DNA of 63,042 nt, counting the filler, from Choristocarpus tenellus KU-1152 (lineage: Eukaryota; Protista; Phaeophyceae): assembly GCA_964200185.2 (NCBI GenBank). It is 7 parts of 7 records of this genome, joined end to end, with 100 filler letters (N's around TTAATTAATTAA, not from the genome) between each part and the next. Parts side by side here need not be neighbours in the genome. Positions count along the whole stretch, not along the records: positions 18,523 to 28,622 come from CAXNAD020003155.1; positions 28,723 to 45,402 come from CAXNAD020000794.1; 5 more parts are not named here. One strand, 5' to 3'. The position numbers were made by a program, and so were the translations under genes. The notes below the pieces were generated by a model, which was not told where the DNA came from, did not search any database, and was given only the letters and a program-made list of their open reading frames with translations. Below are positions 26,540 through 39,500 of this stretch, piece after piece; positions within the stretch are counted from its first letter, which is position 1, and each line of letters begins with the position of its first letter.

Positions 26540-28545
26540 CTGCACAAAAATCATCATCTGCCACCTGTTCTGTAACATCATCTGCCTGATTCAATATCTG
26601 ATTGTACTCATCCAAGGGATCAACACCTCCACTCGATCCCCCCATGCTTCCACTCCCACTCCCAGCCCCAATTGCAACTCCAGAGTGTGCCCCAGAGCTA
26701 CTACCAACCCTTCCCCCTCTCCTAGCCCTGCTGGTCCGTTGCCGCCTTCCATGTCTTCCTGTCAGTCTTGAACTAGAGGCTACTAAAGGGCCAGCTACTG
26801 CCCCTGCTCCTGCTCCTGCCCCTGCCCCAGCCCCTGCTCCTGCCCCGGCCCCAGTCCCAGCCCCAGCCCTAGTCATTGACCTTGTTGTTCTTCGCAACTG
26901 AACCTGTGAATTCCCCTGCTGCCCTGGACTCTCTACAGTCAACCGTTCAGCGAGATTTGAATGCATACACCAGAAGTTTGGGGGAGGGATGGGAGGGGAG
27001 GTTTTGGTAGTGCCCTCTTCAGTACGTATAGCATAAAAACAAAAAGAGGTGCAAGATGAAGAAAAGGACCACTAAACCAATACCACTTCCAACCTTCCTA
27101 TCTCAACACCATTTCTATAAAAATGGAGGCGGTTCATATAGCTGACAAAAAAAAAATGTGTCAACGCCCCTTGGAAAGAAGCAGAAGGTGAAGATCTGCA
27201 CCATGATCTGCAATGACTGGAATGCAACCTCTCCAATGCTCACCTTCCACATGAAACCTAAAATATCACCAACCTCCACCTACTCATTAAAAAAAATGAC
27301 AAAAGACATCTAGAATTTTCCAGATACAGTCCAAAACAAAACAAGAGTCCATGCTGGTGGGGTTTTTTTATCTATATCCTCCCACAAAACCCCATCCCTC
27401 CAGCTACACTCCCTCAACCATACCTACACGGATGTTCCGGATGAAGCTCGTATTCAAATTGACCTGAAGAGACCTGGAGAAGTCCAACTTGTAGGGCTTG
27501 ATCATTCCTGTTGTCTCAGACCAAATGGGTAGAAGCAATTTTTCCAGTGGATCATTGAGGCAGGGGCCGCAAGGGGGGGGGGGGGGGGGTAGAAGAAAAA
27601 CCTGTTAAAAAGGGGGTGGGGGAAAAAAAACTAAAATAAAGGGACAANNNNNNNNNNTTGGTTCATTCTTTTTTTTTAGGCCCAAATGGGGGGATCAATT
27701 TTTTCAGGTGGATAATTGAGGAGGGTGCCACAGGGGGGGGGGGGGGTTACACGAAAACCATGTACATAAGGGTGAGAAGAAAAAATATCTAAAATGAAGG
27801 GAACAAGGGGAGGGTTGAGCCTCACAATGAAATACAAATACTATCTTCTTCATTTGTGAATGTGTGAGTGCGTGTGAAATTTATTATCTGTTTTTCCCAT
27901 CTATTCATCATTTCTGATGGCATGTAGGAATAAATGAGGTGCACAAATTTTTTTATCAAAGAAAAAAAAATACTACTACATGTGTGTACCACTTGTTAGA
28001 ACTGCACTACACAATACTTTTTTTTTCATGCCAAGACAACTCGTGTCTTCACACACATATAAAAAGAAAAAGAACACACTGCGTGGTACATACTACATTA
28101 CCACGATTCTTAAAAATCAAAACCCTAACCCTAACCCGAAACCAAACCTTCACCCCCCCCAAAATATACCCACTATAAAAACAAAAAGAATCTTTTGCAC
28201 ACACAAGATAAAAAAAGTAAACCTTGCGACTTGCCCCCCTCACCAACCCTCTCCCATGTACCAGCACAATATAGACAACATAAAAATAATAAAAATAGCA
28301 CACTAAAAAAAAAAAATGCTTGTGAACACAACAGATCGCCTTCGCTGTAGACCCACCTCTAGAACTCATGTTTGCCGTGGTCGCCTGCTCTCCCCGGACC
28401 CGTTTGCTGATGGTTATCTGATGACACACCCACAGTTTCATTGGTGCCCAAGTCCCATCATCCTTTTGCCAGGACCACATCTCCTCAGGATGCAGGTGCT
28501 GGTGCTGAGGGACAACCCCATTACCGCCTTCCAGTGTTCCAGATG
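26540..28545 (-). CDS. WWE-domain protein with a Gly/Ala-rich linker, partial
   Basis: Exons 28357-~28545, 27424-27507 and 26540-26932 join in phase 1 and rebuild a WWE domain: MWSWQKDDGTWAPM...G|MIKPYKLDFSRSLQVNLNTSFIRNIRV; then a Gly-Ala dipeptide repeat. Confidence 0.7.
27648..27657. other. Scaffold gap (10 N) in homopolymer-rich, low-quality sequence
   Basis: 10 Ns flanked by long G and A runs. Confidence 0.9.
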
Positions 28546-28622
28546 GGGGGGGGGGGGGGGGGGCAAACACAAAAAAAAAAAAAAAAAAAAAATAAAAGAT
28601 TAGTATAAAATATTTAATGTGG

Positions 28623-28722
28623 NNNNNNNNNNNNNNNNNNNNNNNNNNNNNNNNNNNNNNNNNNNNTTAATTAATTAANNNNNNNNNNNNNNNNNNNNNN
28701 NNNNNNNNNNNNNNNNNNNNNN
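28623..28722. other. Artificial contig-joining spacer
   Basis: Same linker. Confidence 0.98.
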
Positions 28723-29988
28723 GGGGGGGGGGAACGGACTGCCAATTTAGGCGCATCCGACACTGTTTTGTCGGGAACACATATTTCCTCGTGAGGTCTT
28801 CGACCTTTTCGAATGGAACATTCCAAGAAAAAGGATGAGTTCGGTGTTTTATTCACCTTGCTTCTTGGCGTTGGGATTTTATGTTTTTTTATTGAGAAAT
28901 GCGTGCATCTCATGTGGTTTAAGTTTCGGAGGGTCGGAGTAGTTCGTGAACATTGGACACTTTTGACGGGGTTTTTTTCCTATTTTATTCTCTGGCATGC
29001 ATCTTGGGTTGTCCCCATTCAGAACGTGCATCGCCTCTTAAAATTCCTACATATACATACACATATATATATATATTTATTTATTCTTGTCATAATCCGT
29101 ATATACGGTGATGGTGATAGCCTAAGTAAGAGGTAGTGTATCCGGTGTTCCTTGGCGTCTCGAACGAGTTGACGTTTCCTTGTGTTTTGTGATGCAGGAG
29201 GCGTTAGGATCGCAGCCATGTTCAAATGTCAGCTTTGTGAAGGCATGAGATCAAGATTCCTGCACATTATCTGCAATACATACAGACATATAGAATGTAC
29301 GAAGGCGTTTCCCACACAAGGACAGGTCCTTTTAGTTGGCAGTGAACACGCAGGGATCGAGCGCAATGACCCTGAAGTTTGATACCGTCATCGACCTGTG
29401 TTAGATGGATTGCAGCAATTGAAAGGTGCTACCTGACCAGGTTTTTCACGAGAAACCTGATTATCACCTCATTGGTCACCCCTTTCATCTCATGGAAGAA
29501 GTCCTTTATATCAACCGTGCATTGATTAGTTCTTTTAATGGATAAGCTACGTGATGTTGGTGTATGAAGTTGCTCGCTGTGGTGATGAGAGCATTTATCT
29601 ATCCGTCTTATCTATTTTAGTAGATGGGTATTGGACGACGGCATCGCAAGGTTGCTTTGGTGTTTTAGGGTATCAGGAGTCAGAATGGTTTTAATGTCCC
29701 CTGGAGCCTTGGACTTGTTGGAATATGAACACTTATATTTCAGGGTACACTAAGTTGCATGCGTAGTATTTTTTATTGGCCGTTGTGGTTCCCCCTGGGG
29801 GGAGGCCTTGCGTGTACAGGCATACACTGCAGAGAGGGCCTTCCAGAGTAATTGCACTCTCCCCCCGTTCGTGACTAGCGCAACGCACCCATTGTTGTTC
29901 TAAATGCTTCAGGTCATTGCTAATGCAAACCTGTACCCAACCTCAAGTAACACCCCCCCCCTCTCTTCTGCTCCCATCAACCGTACAG

Positions 29989-31889
29989 ATTTGGCATGAC
30001 ATGTATGGGGTGCCGCTGACTCCGTCGGCGCCCCTCAAACCCCTAGATGAGCCTGCGCTTGTCCTTCCAGCTCCACCTGCCCAGCTGGTGGAGTTGAAGT
30101 GGGAGCTCAGCGATGCATCGAGGAAGGATGTGGAGAGGGCGCGGTTGGACTTTGAGGCAACGTGTGATGGACTTGGCATGGACATGCTTGACTTCCAGGA
30201 TTTTGGGAAGGGCAAATGCAAGGTGTGGTTGTTGCGTGGAGGTCGTACATCTCCTCAGGGGAAGGCTTACCGAGCTGGAGTGTTATGGGTGGATTGCTTG
30301 CTTGACTGATTTTGGACATGTGCTCAGAAATACATCAATTATTTTGTTGAGCTCCTTGCAGGTGCGCGGCAGCTCGCTGTTGTTGACTCTGCTTTAATCT
30401 TGCGATCTGATTTCTCTGCGGACGGGTGCGCAGGAATGGAAGATCAGTCCAGATGCTATGGCGCAAATGGCTCTCCAACTTGCATACTGGCGACTCCATG
30501 GTTGCATGGCACCGACCTATGAGAGCTGCTCCACTCGGTTCTTCCACAGGGGCAGGACTGAGACTATTCGCAGCTGCACCTCAGGTTGGTCTGTGGGTGT
30601 ATGGATTGTGTGTAAGGGTTGGTGTCCATCCTTTGAAGCATGGTTATGAGTAGTGAGTGGTAGAAACGTATTGGTGTGCGCTTTTCTTAGTGTAGTGTCA
30701 TACATGCAACCAGGGTGGCTCCGATTGGCACATATTGTAACTGTTATAGAGCTCTCCATCCCCCTGAGGCAGGCAGGTCAATATGTACCTATATGCCTGT
30801 TGATGCTTGATGGGTGGTTTGCCCTGAACTTCTATGATAGCGTGCTCTTTATCAACCTCCTCCCCAAGTGCTGCACCTAGCTTAGGTCCAATGCCGTAGA
30901 GACAAGTCAAGGTTAACTATCACGCATTTGGATACTCCCCACCCCTTCCCCCCCCTCCCCTCTGCTCCACTACCCCATCCACAGCTTCTGCAGATTTTGT
31001 TGCCGTCATGGGCTCTGCTTCCAAGGGCAAGGACACGAAGAGAGCAGCATTTGACCACGCAGCCACTCGGCATGTTGAAGTTGCCAAGGCAGCACAGGGA
31101 GGTATGGGGGTAGATCGGCACTTGCTTGCCATGCGATCTGCTGCAGCAGGGACAGCAGGGAAGAGTGGAAATGCTGGTGGGAAAGATCTTGGGGTGGAGT
31201 TCTTTGAGGATCCCCTAAACTCCTATAGCTCTACGTGGCTGCTATCAACAAGCAACCTGTCCCTTCCATGGGTGAAACAGTTTGGGTGAGTTGGACCTGA
31301 GCATCAGGAGATCCTCCCGCTGCACAGTTATTTGAGACAGAGGTGTGATGTTTGCTGGGAGAAGGATTGTGTTTGATTGAGGCTGAAGAAGGGAGTAGGA
31401 AATATTGTACTGCTTTTATATGTATTCCGCGAGGCTGGCATATGGGGTCCAGGGTATGGAGAGCTGTGTGTTTGCTTACGCAGGCAGTTGGTGGATGGAC
31501 TGAGGCAAGAGCGGATTAGAGTTAGTGACAGGTTCTTCATGTAATATCCTTGATTTCTGTGGGGTAAGTATGCCCACTTGCGATTGCCCTCTGGATCCTA
31601 TCATAGCCCATACTCTCTACTCCTGCCCTGCTAATTCATGCCATACACTGCAAGCTGATTCCTCACCTTCCTCTTACCCATGTACGCTTCCTACATTCCC
31701 TCTCCCAATCCTGGCGACTTCTTCAGCTTCGGCCCCACTGCCTCTGCAGGGTATGGCCTAGGGTATGTAATCCAAAACAACCTCATCTGCAGTCCTGTGA
31801 CTACCTTTGGTGGGGGGGACACTGATGGAAAAGCTATGGTCAGTGAAATCACACAGGCACTTGGAGACATCCGCAAAATCTGCGAGTGA
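29989..31889 (+). CDS. Carnitine/choline O-acyltransferase, last four exons
   Basis: Exons 29989-30222, 30434-30584, 30985-31285 and 31727-31889 are phase-consistent; motifs FGKGKCKEWKISPDAMAQMALQLAY, TYESCSTRFFHRGRTETIRS, GMGVDRHLL, LSTSN and FGP...GYGLGY. Confidence 0.93.
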
Positions 31890-33816
31890 TGAAAGGCGAT
31901 ACATTGTATGGAGATGGTGAACAGTTGTTGCTGTTTTCCTTGCCAACTTCTCGTAGAAGTTTAGCGCTTCACATGCTACATCTCTCCTCCGGATGGGAGA
32001 CTTGCTTATTTTCCATTTTCCCTTGGCTAGGAATCAAAGTATATTGCGCCACCCCACGAATATGTACTCGTCTCTCTCCCACCTATTGGAACGCTGCTTT
32101 ATATATAATCATTAAGTAAATGTACTTTAATGCTCTACTTCGAATCATGTTATAAGAGCTCTGATGATGGGTCGATTACAAAGCCTTTTTACCTTAAATG
32201 ATAAATTCGCACTGGCTTCTTTTCTTGTACCCTGTTTGGATACCACTGTAGTGTGTGGACCAAGGTGATGGTGGAATGTGCTGCAGTAGCATATTTTCTC
32301 CTTTTTCCAGGCAAGACACTACATTATCATATATATATATGGATGGATTCTCGGAACAGGGGGATGTTGTAAGGTGATTTTTTCGTTCACATAAAAACTA
32401 TGTGTAATTTTTCTTGTTGACATATGGGTAAGAAATGTAGTAAATTGGAGGGTGTATCCTCTTATCCTTGAGTTGAGACACACCTCTCCTGATGTACAGG
32501 TACATAGCTATTCATAGTATGATACTCTCTGTAGCCATGATTGGAAATTACAGTACAGTAGTTCAAAGGCGTGGCCTATTTATTGCCTGGTGTCTTGTTA
32601 GTCCTTGTATGCTCCTAGTCGTTTCTGTGTTCCTGTATGGTGGACTTTTATTGCCTCATATTCTGGGGGTTGGTCGTTATATACGGTGATGGGGGCCACA
32701 GGGAAGATTCGGGTTTATCCATTGAGGGTGGCAAGAGGGATCCATTATAAAGAAGGATGAAGTGGACTTGGGTTCATGTCTCACACATGTAATATTAGTG
32801 TTCTACTCAGAGATATATGGCATTGCAAAAGTTTGATCAACCACTCGACATGACCCTGTGGTCAAGCAGATTCAGTCGAGGGAAGTACTTGTGTAAGTAC
32901 AGTGATGATGCAGGCATACATGGACAAAGGTTGATGCTGTTGTAGGCAGGGAGGGTTGATTTGCAGTGGCGGTGAGTTGGGCTTTCGGCAGAGAGTTTGG
33001 TCGGACTACAGGTCTGTTGATACAGGGGTTCATTGCCACACCATGAAGTAAAAAGGCAAAACACCATCTATACAGCCCCCAGTAATCAATTGTGTTAACG
33101 TGTGAACCTCTCCTATGACCTGTTTCAAGCCATACTATTAATAGCTCGACGTGATACAGCCTCTTTCAAAGGGCCTTACACAATTGCCCACATTCAGAAT
33201 ATGCCAGCTCATCTGTCGCAAATTAGACTCTCTAGATTCCTGGCTGGTCAACACAACTGCAGACCCGTACTGCAGTAATTATCTCAACACTGATCCTAAT
33301 CTGCAAGCGCTAATCGCCCTATGCATGATGACAGAAACACAATTGGTAAACTATGCAAGTATGCTTTTCCTTGACTATGATTGGCTAAGCAAAAACACAC
33401 GAAAAAGGTACAGCTCTGGACAAGAGTTTCAGTCAAGCACTCTCGGAATTGAAAATCGTAAGTTACGCATTCATCCTCTCTCTCCACACACCTGCTGTTC
33501 CTTCCGTTATCATGTGAACCACGATGGAGTGTATCTATCGCCTAGAAGACCTCATCGTACAGCTAGAAGATTGGTTACTCCTTCATGACCCTCTTCTTCA
33601 CTACCCTGGTTTGATTGCCTTTCACTGCCCCCAAACTTCTGGCTGGCCAGTCACACCCTCTCTAGTGACCTTATTAATCAAGTTTGCTCCACACACATGG
33701 TTACTCCAGCAGTCACGCTGTCTCTATTGAGACCTCTATACATGTAGTGTCAATACATGATCACCGTTTGGGTGACTTCTATGTGTTCCTCTCTCCTCTT
33801 CCACAAGTCAGTCCTT

Positions 33817-36216
33817 TCAATTGATAGGGGGGCCCTTCATTCCCTGGGTGTTGACTGGACTCATAAGACCCTCGAAAAACCGAGTGATGGGGTTTGCAGA
33901 TGGGGCTCGCTTTTCCAGGGGTGTTACCGGGTCATCTGGGTATATCTGCACATGGAGTAATATCAAACCGGGTGAGGAGAGCAGGCAGAAGGACAGGAGT
34001 ACGTGGGGGTGGATGAGTGGTAGAGTATTTGGTAATTGGTGGGGCAATACCAGAGAACTATGCTGGAGAGGAGGGAAACAGAACTTTAACATGAGTGCAT
34101 GAGCCACAAAGTACAACTAACGACCTTTGTCAGGAAGACAACGTAGGCGTGGTGTGCATACATGTTGAGGGATAAACAGACCTCATCCCATTGCCTCGGG
34201 GCTCACCATATTGCAACACACAGCTGAGCTTGCCAACTGTGTCCTGCCAGCTCGCTCTCAACAGGCACAAGTGTCTGGCATTGCCCAAACCCAACATCCA
34301 TTGATCCCCCTAATCCCGACTATTTGGTCTTGTTCTGTACCTTTCTACTCCATCTATATGGTGCTGCTACGAACCAGAAGCTAAAACACAGCGTATCAAA
34401 TATGCTCCAGCGCAGGGAATAATAAGGCATTCTTTCGGGAAAACAATTCTAGGTTAAGAGGAAGCTCTGGTAGTGCAGAGGATTTAACCTGGGTGCAGTG
34501 CCATCATTGATACCCAGTACCCTATTAAAAATAACGTACCAAGTTTTAGTCTCTGTGGCATCACTGATTTTGACTTGAACTGCTGTAGGCTATGGCAACC
34601 CCCCTCTCCCATCTGATCTCCTAGTTCTATTTGTTGGGAAGAAGAGCTAGTACCTTGAGGTTGTAGCCATACTCAAATTCCTCCACCTTCCGGAGCTTAT
34701 CATAGAGCCTGAAGGCGCTCTGTTTCTCATGCAAGGGAGGAGGACAGAGATGGGAGGAGCATTAGGTGAATGTGAAAGTGAAATGGGACTTTGTGTTCAT
34801 GCAGGTGCAGGCATGGTGACCCATACAGCATACATTTAAGTACATGATCACAAGGTGCAAATGTGTACGGTTTTCCCCCAGAAGGAGACTAGAGGTTCTA
34901 AATGACGACATAGTGACGCTATACTCGCATGAACAGCACCACTCGACAGTCATCAGGGAGTTAGTGAATCAACAAAGTCAAGAAACAGTCGATGATGAGC
35001 AATGCCAAACACCAGCTCAAGAATAGGAGTTCAACGCAAACCTGGACCACTTTCCCAGTTTGACTTGTACAATGAATGACCTTTCGAGCATGCCAAATTA
35101 AAGCATGCTCATTCACTTTCCCCCTCACTCCCTCGACCTGCCCTTGACCCTCCTATTCATCCTCTGTTGTGCACCTGCTTAAGGTTCTCCTCCTGTTCAA
35201 ACACAGCTTGAGAAACTTGAGTGGACCGAGGCACTGTCATTACTCCACATGGCAAGTAGTCCGAAGTACCTTTGGGCTGACGAGAAGGTAATTCAATTGC
35301 CGGCAGGGGTTCAGTGGGGGCAAAATGGCAGGGGGTAGTAGAAGTCAGTCCAGTCCTATTCCATAATTTCGAAAACAATAGCTAAAGGCAAGAAGGATCG
35401 AGGCGGGGGGGTAGGGGATTGGAGCGATGTGATTTCCCTAGGCTAGGTCAATCTGCTAGGGCATACTAAGTGCACCTTGATAAAAATGTTATACTCCGGA
35501 ATCCCAGCAGCCGCCATCTTGTCGTAGTCAGACGCTGCCACTTCTCTCTGCACCGATGGCGAGAGAAGACAGCACAGCACAAGGGTAGCAAATGATGGGC
35601 GAGAGTGTGGAGTCGAGCGTCTGCAAGGCTGCTGGTATGAGGGTAATGTTTTTGCTTCTTTCGTACTCAGGTAAATCAAATCAACACCAAGTTGCACATC
35701 GCGCCAGAGACCTACTTTACCCCAAGCCACTACGATACACTACCTTGTTCTTCGCTATATGCGAAAAACAGCTCCTAGAATCACCTTTTTGCTTCCTTCG
35801 GTCTTGGGCTTCTTAACCTTCTTTGGACGCTCCGGCCTGTCCAATTCAGAGGCATACAGCGTGAGGGCGTTGACAAACCTCTCAACCAAGACTATCCAAG
35901 ACGTGGCGAACTTATTGTTGAAGCGCTTATTTAACAACAGTGCAGATATAAGAAGAGTACATCCACCTAGAAAGTATGACTGTCTACGTGACAAGAAGCT
36001 ACTTTTGCAATTGGTGCTCTCATTTGCTCCTCACCCGAATCCCTTCTTCATTGACAGTCCACGGCAACCTGTAGCCCACGAAGCTGCGTATTGCGCTCTA
36101 GGCAAATTCCCGGCGAAGCAACGCGCTGCTGAAGAAGAGGGGGAGAACGCGAAGGCCTCAATGCCAGAGGTGAAGGCCAAACAGAGAAGTATCATCAACC
36201 CTCGTGCACTCGCCAT
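33817..36216 (-). CDS. HHL1: HHL1-like (hypersensitive to high light 1) plastid-targeted protein, complete, 6 exons
   Basis: Exons 36035-36216, 35785-35836, 35476-35547, 35175-35276, 34654-34719 and 33817-33945, all GT-AG and in phase; signal peptide plus IEA-FAF; motifs PEYNIFIK, PCGVMTVPRS, AVFEQEENL and AFRLYDKL...EYGYNLKIYPDDP. Confidence 0.8.
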
Positions 36217-36524
36217 TATACCTTGTGTCAGTAGAATAAGTTTTTGATCTCTTTCCTTACCAACACCTCTCTCCAGAGACCACTAAAGGTAAATAGATAC
36301 GTGATCGTGCTTACTCTCCCACAAGACGAGTGATACAATACGTGACTGACGCAAGGGCAACAGTTACAAACCAAGGTGAAGTTGACTCATCATGTCAATA
36401 TGATACAATAGTTCATTACTTTGCCTTTATCAGACAGAAAGGAAACGCCTTACCAAGGTGTAACGATGAAAGGGTAGCAGTAAGGGTGAGGTGAACATAG
36501 CGATTGTGAATGCTTAGTAAGAAC
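36217..36524. promoter_or_regulatory. Probable bidirectional promoter
   Basis: Only 308 bp separate the divergent ATGs of the HHL1-like gene (36216) and EF-P (36525). Confidence 0.55.
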
Positions 36525-39500
36525 ATGTACCGGATCCTCGTTGCAACGATAGGTGAGTTACATTGGCGTCGGTGACGTTGGATGAGGCTGATGGTGCTTG
36601 AGTAGTCTTCACATGAAGTCGAGGGTTGACTGCCGTTGTTTAGTATCGCACAACCCCGTGTTGTGCAGAGAGACTCATGCAACTCGACTTTGATTATACA
36701 AGAGGCTGCACACTTTCAAATTGTAACTGTGTAGGTGAAAATGTATTTTTGTTGTCGGTTAGAGTGATGGAGAGACCGCTAAGATAGAGGAATGATGCCT
36801 TCAAGATGACATCATGGCAACATGTTGTCATGTTCATGATCTCGATAGCCGAGGGTTTTGCCGTCCTAGATCGAGTTGATTCTTTGTTTATGGTACATTG
36901 GGGTCAAAGGTAGGCAAAGTGATTCGGCTCAAGTGTATTAATGGAGGGGAACCTGTATCAAGGCCGCTTAAGCCCATCGCCCTACACGTGCCTTCCCACC
37001 ACTCCTCGTCAGGGTGCCTGCTTGGAGCCGAGGCGTTCTTCGCACCTGCCACGTTCACTCAGGTAGTTTACCCTCTTGAGTCCAGTTACGCTAGGATTTA
37101 TTGTCTTATATGCGGACACTGAGACTTGGCACCCCTGACATGAGATTCGCTTTGATGCTTCATTTCATTGATTGTACGAAGTCGTATTGATGATGAAATC
37201 AAACTCGTTCGACTTGATGATTCTTTGTCGTGTACTCATGATAACGGGCGCCAATGGAAATAGTAACCTGTGAGGTTGCTGCTTCCGGCAGCATTTTTTG
37301 TCCTTTATTGGCCCCCTGATGCCTGTGGTCCTGCTTCACCTTAAAGAACATTCCACCCATAGTACCCTACGTGTTATGGCACTTTCTTGATGGCACTCGT
37401 TCTCCGATTCGCAGACGGGTTTGCCATGGATGCAGGGCGGGAGGGTGGGTACCTCATCCTGTCAGCCCCTCTCTATGGCTTCCACCGCAGACTTCAAGAA
37501 TGGAGTCACCATTGAGATCGATGGTACGAAGCGTACTTAGGGCGAGACAGGGGGGTGGGTGACCGAGGGAAGGGTAGATTATCATTTTCTGTCATTCTTC
37601 TAAGTCTTCGTTGAGTTGTTACAAGTATATCTTGCTGTTTTAATGCCCTTTTGCTTCAGAAGCATTCCTGATAATGCACCTGACATGCACGGGCTTGGGC
37701 AAATACTAGTGAGACCTCAATGCCACGAGTGAACAGTAGATTTGTTTAATTGAATTGTGCAGGTGGAGAATGATGAGAGTGTGCCTGGTTCATCAATCTC
37801 CACTCCTTGGTACCTGTCAGTGGGGATCTCTTACTGTATTTTGGAAACAAGTACGGGGTAACACACAAGGGTTGTCTCTGGATAATATTTTGAGGCAGAA
37901 GGGTGGGGCACCGTCAGCTCAGCAAACGGCTTTTCAAGGATGTGTTCGAAGAGAAAGTGATCTTCGCCTTCTTTGTAACGTTCACACATGTCACTAGTGT
38001 AGTGAAGTATTTTGTTTCCCCTTTACGCATGCAACAGTATCATCATCAAGAGTACATCAGGAATACAAGTAGTCTTTACTAGACAGTGGCATCACCACGC
38101 ATACCTGTTCTTGGCCCTGAACCTCACTTTCCTTTCAGGAGCTTGCCGATCCCTGCCACCTCTTCCTTACCACCCTTGTTCCAATTGTACGCACCTTTCT
38201 TATATCCAAGGTAATCCTTGCAAGATCCTGAAGTTCCTGCGATCCCTGCCACCTCTTCCTTACCACCCTTGTTCCAATTGTATGCACCTTTCTTATATCC
38301 AAGGTAATCCTTGCAAAATCCTGGAGTTCCTACATGTGAAGCCCGGAAAGGGCTCAGCATTTGTTCGGACCAAGATTAAGAACCTAATCACGGGAAATTC
38401 TCTCGAGAAGACATTCCGGGCAGTAAGTGTGGGGATAGGGTGTAGATTAGAGGGTTGGGGGTGGGGGTGGAGGGGTGTCTTTGATAAGGGACTTAATATC
38501 AGTAGTGACATGTGTGAAGGCTATTCATTTGAAGAGATGCATAGATAAAAGGTGGGAGGGAGGTTCGACTCTCCTCCACAATCGTCGATTGTAGCCACAG
38601 GAGTAAAAGAGAGCAGGGTTACTTTTTTTTTCATAATCTTGTTTATATTTAGTGTTACAAGCAGCATGATGTACGCTTGTACTAAACTACAGTTATTCCA
38701 TACTCGAGGGTGCTGCAGCTGAAAAACTTGGGGCATCACCATTCTTGGCACCTGTCAAAGATCACATATTGCTCGAACATCTAAGAGAAAGTTGCGTAGA
38801 CATAAAGAGTTGAAAATTCACAGTTTGAAGTTCCATACAGTCGGTAGGTTAATTCAAGATGTTTACAGATGGGCATTAGGTCTAAAGGTTATCTTACTCT
38901 TCCGGAAGATAACCAAGGGTCAGATGCAGTATCTGTTTTGTTTGATACCCTGTTGGGTTTTTATATTTGGCTTCTCAGCTGAACCTACGATGATGACATG
39001 TATGATGACAACACTCAATTGTAACCCAAACCTTATTACCTCCCTTTTATGTGTGTTTTAGTGTTGTAGTGCTCTGGGGCATATTTTTTTGCTGTTTGCG
39101 TACACACAAGTTGTTGTTGGGTTGATCTCCTGCCCTCTCCTAAGTATTTTTGGTGATTGGGAATTTACCAGTTGCGACCCGAACCATATCATTTCATACT
39201 TAGGGTTAGGGTTATACTGGTTCTGTTTTTGTGAGCCTGATTCTCTTATCGGCCGCCGCTGGCACATCTATAGACACCTTAAGGCTGAATCTATCATTGA
39301 TGGGTTTTTTCTGACCCTTGCCCATGTTGTTCTCAGCACAACATTTTACTGTCGGGCCCGCTCTCCTTCATTGTCTGATACCAATCGAGGTGAACATCGA
39401 ACTCTTATGTTAGTACAGTCACATCTGTGTCATAATTGTGTTGGATGCTCACTGCTAGATCTATCGTCAAACCTCTGCTATCCTGTGGACACCTCTCGAG

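Noticed and set aside
26602-26901. Plus-strand (PA)n ORF
   Set aside because: Reverse complement of the Gly-Ala tract in the spliced WWE gene
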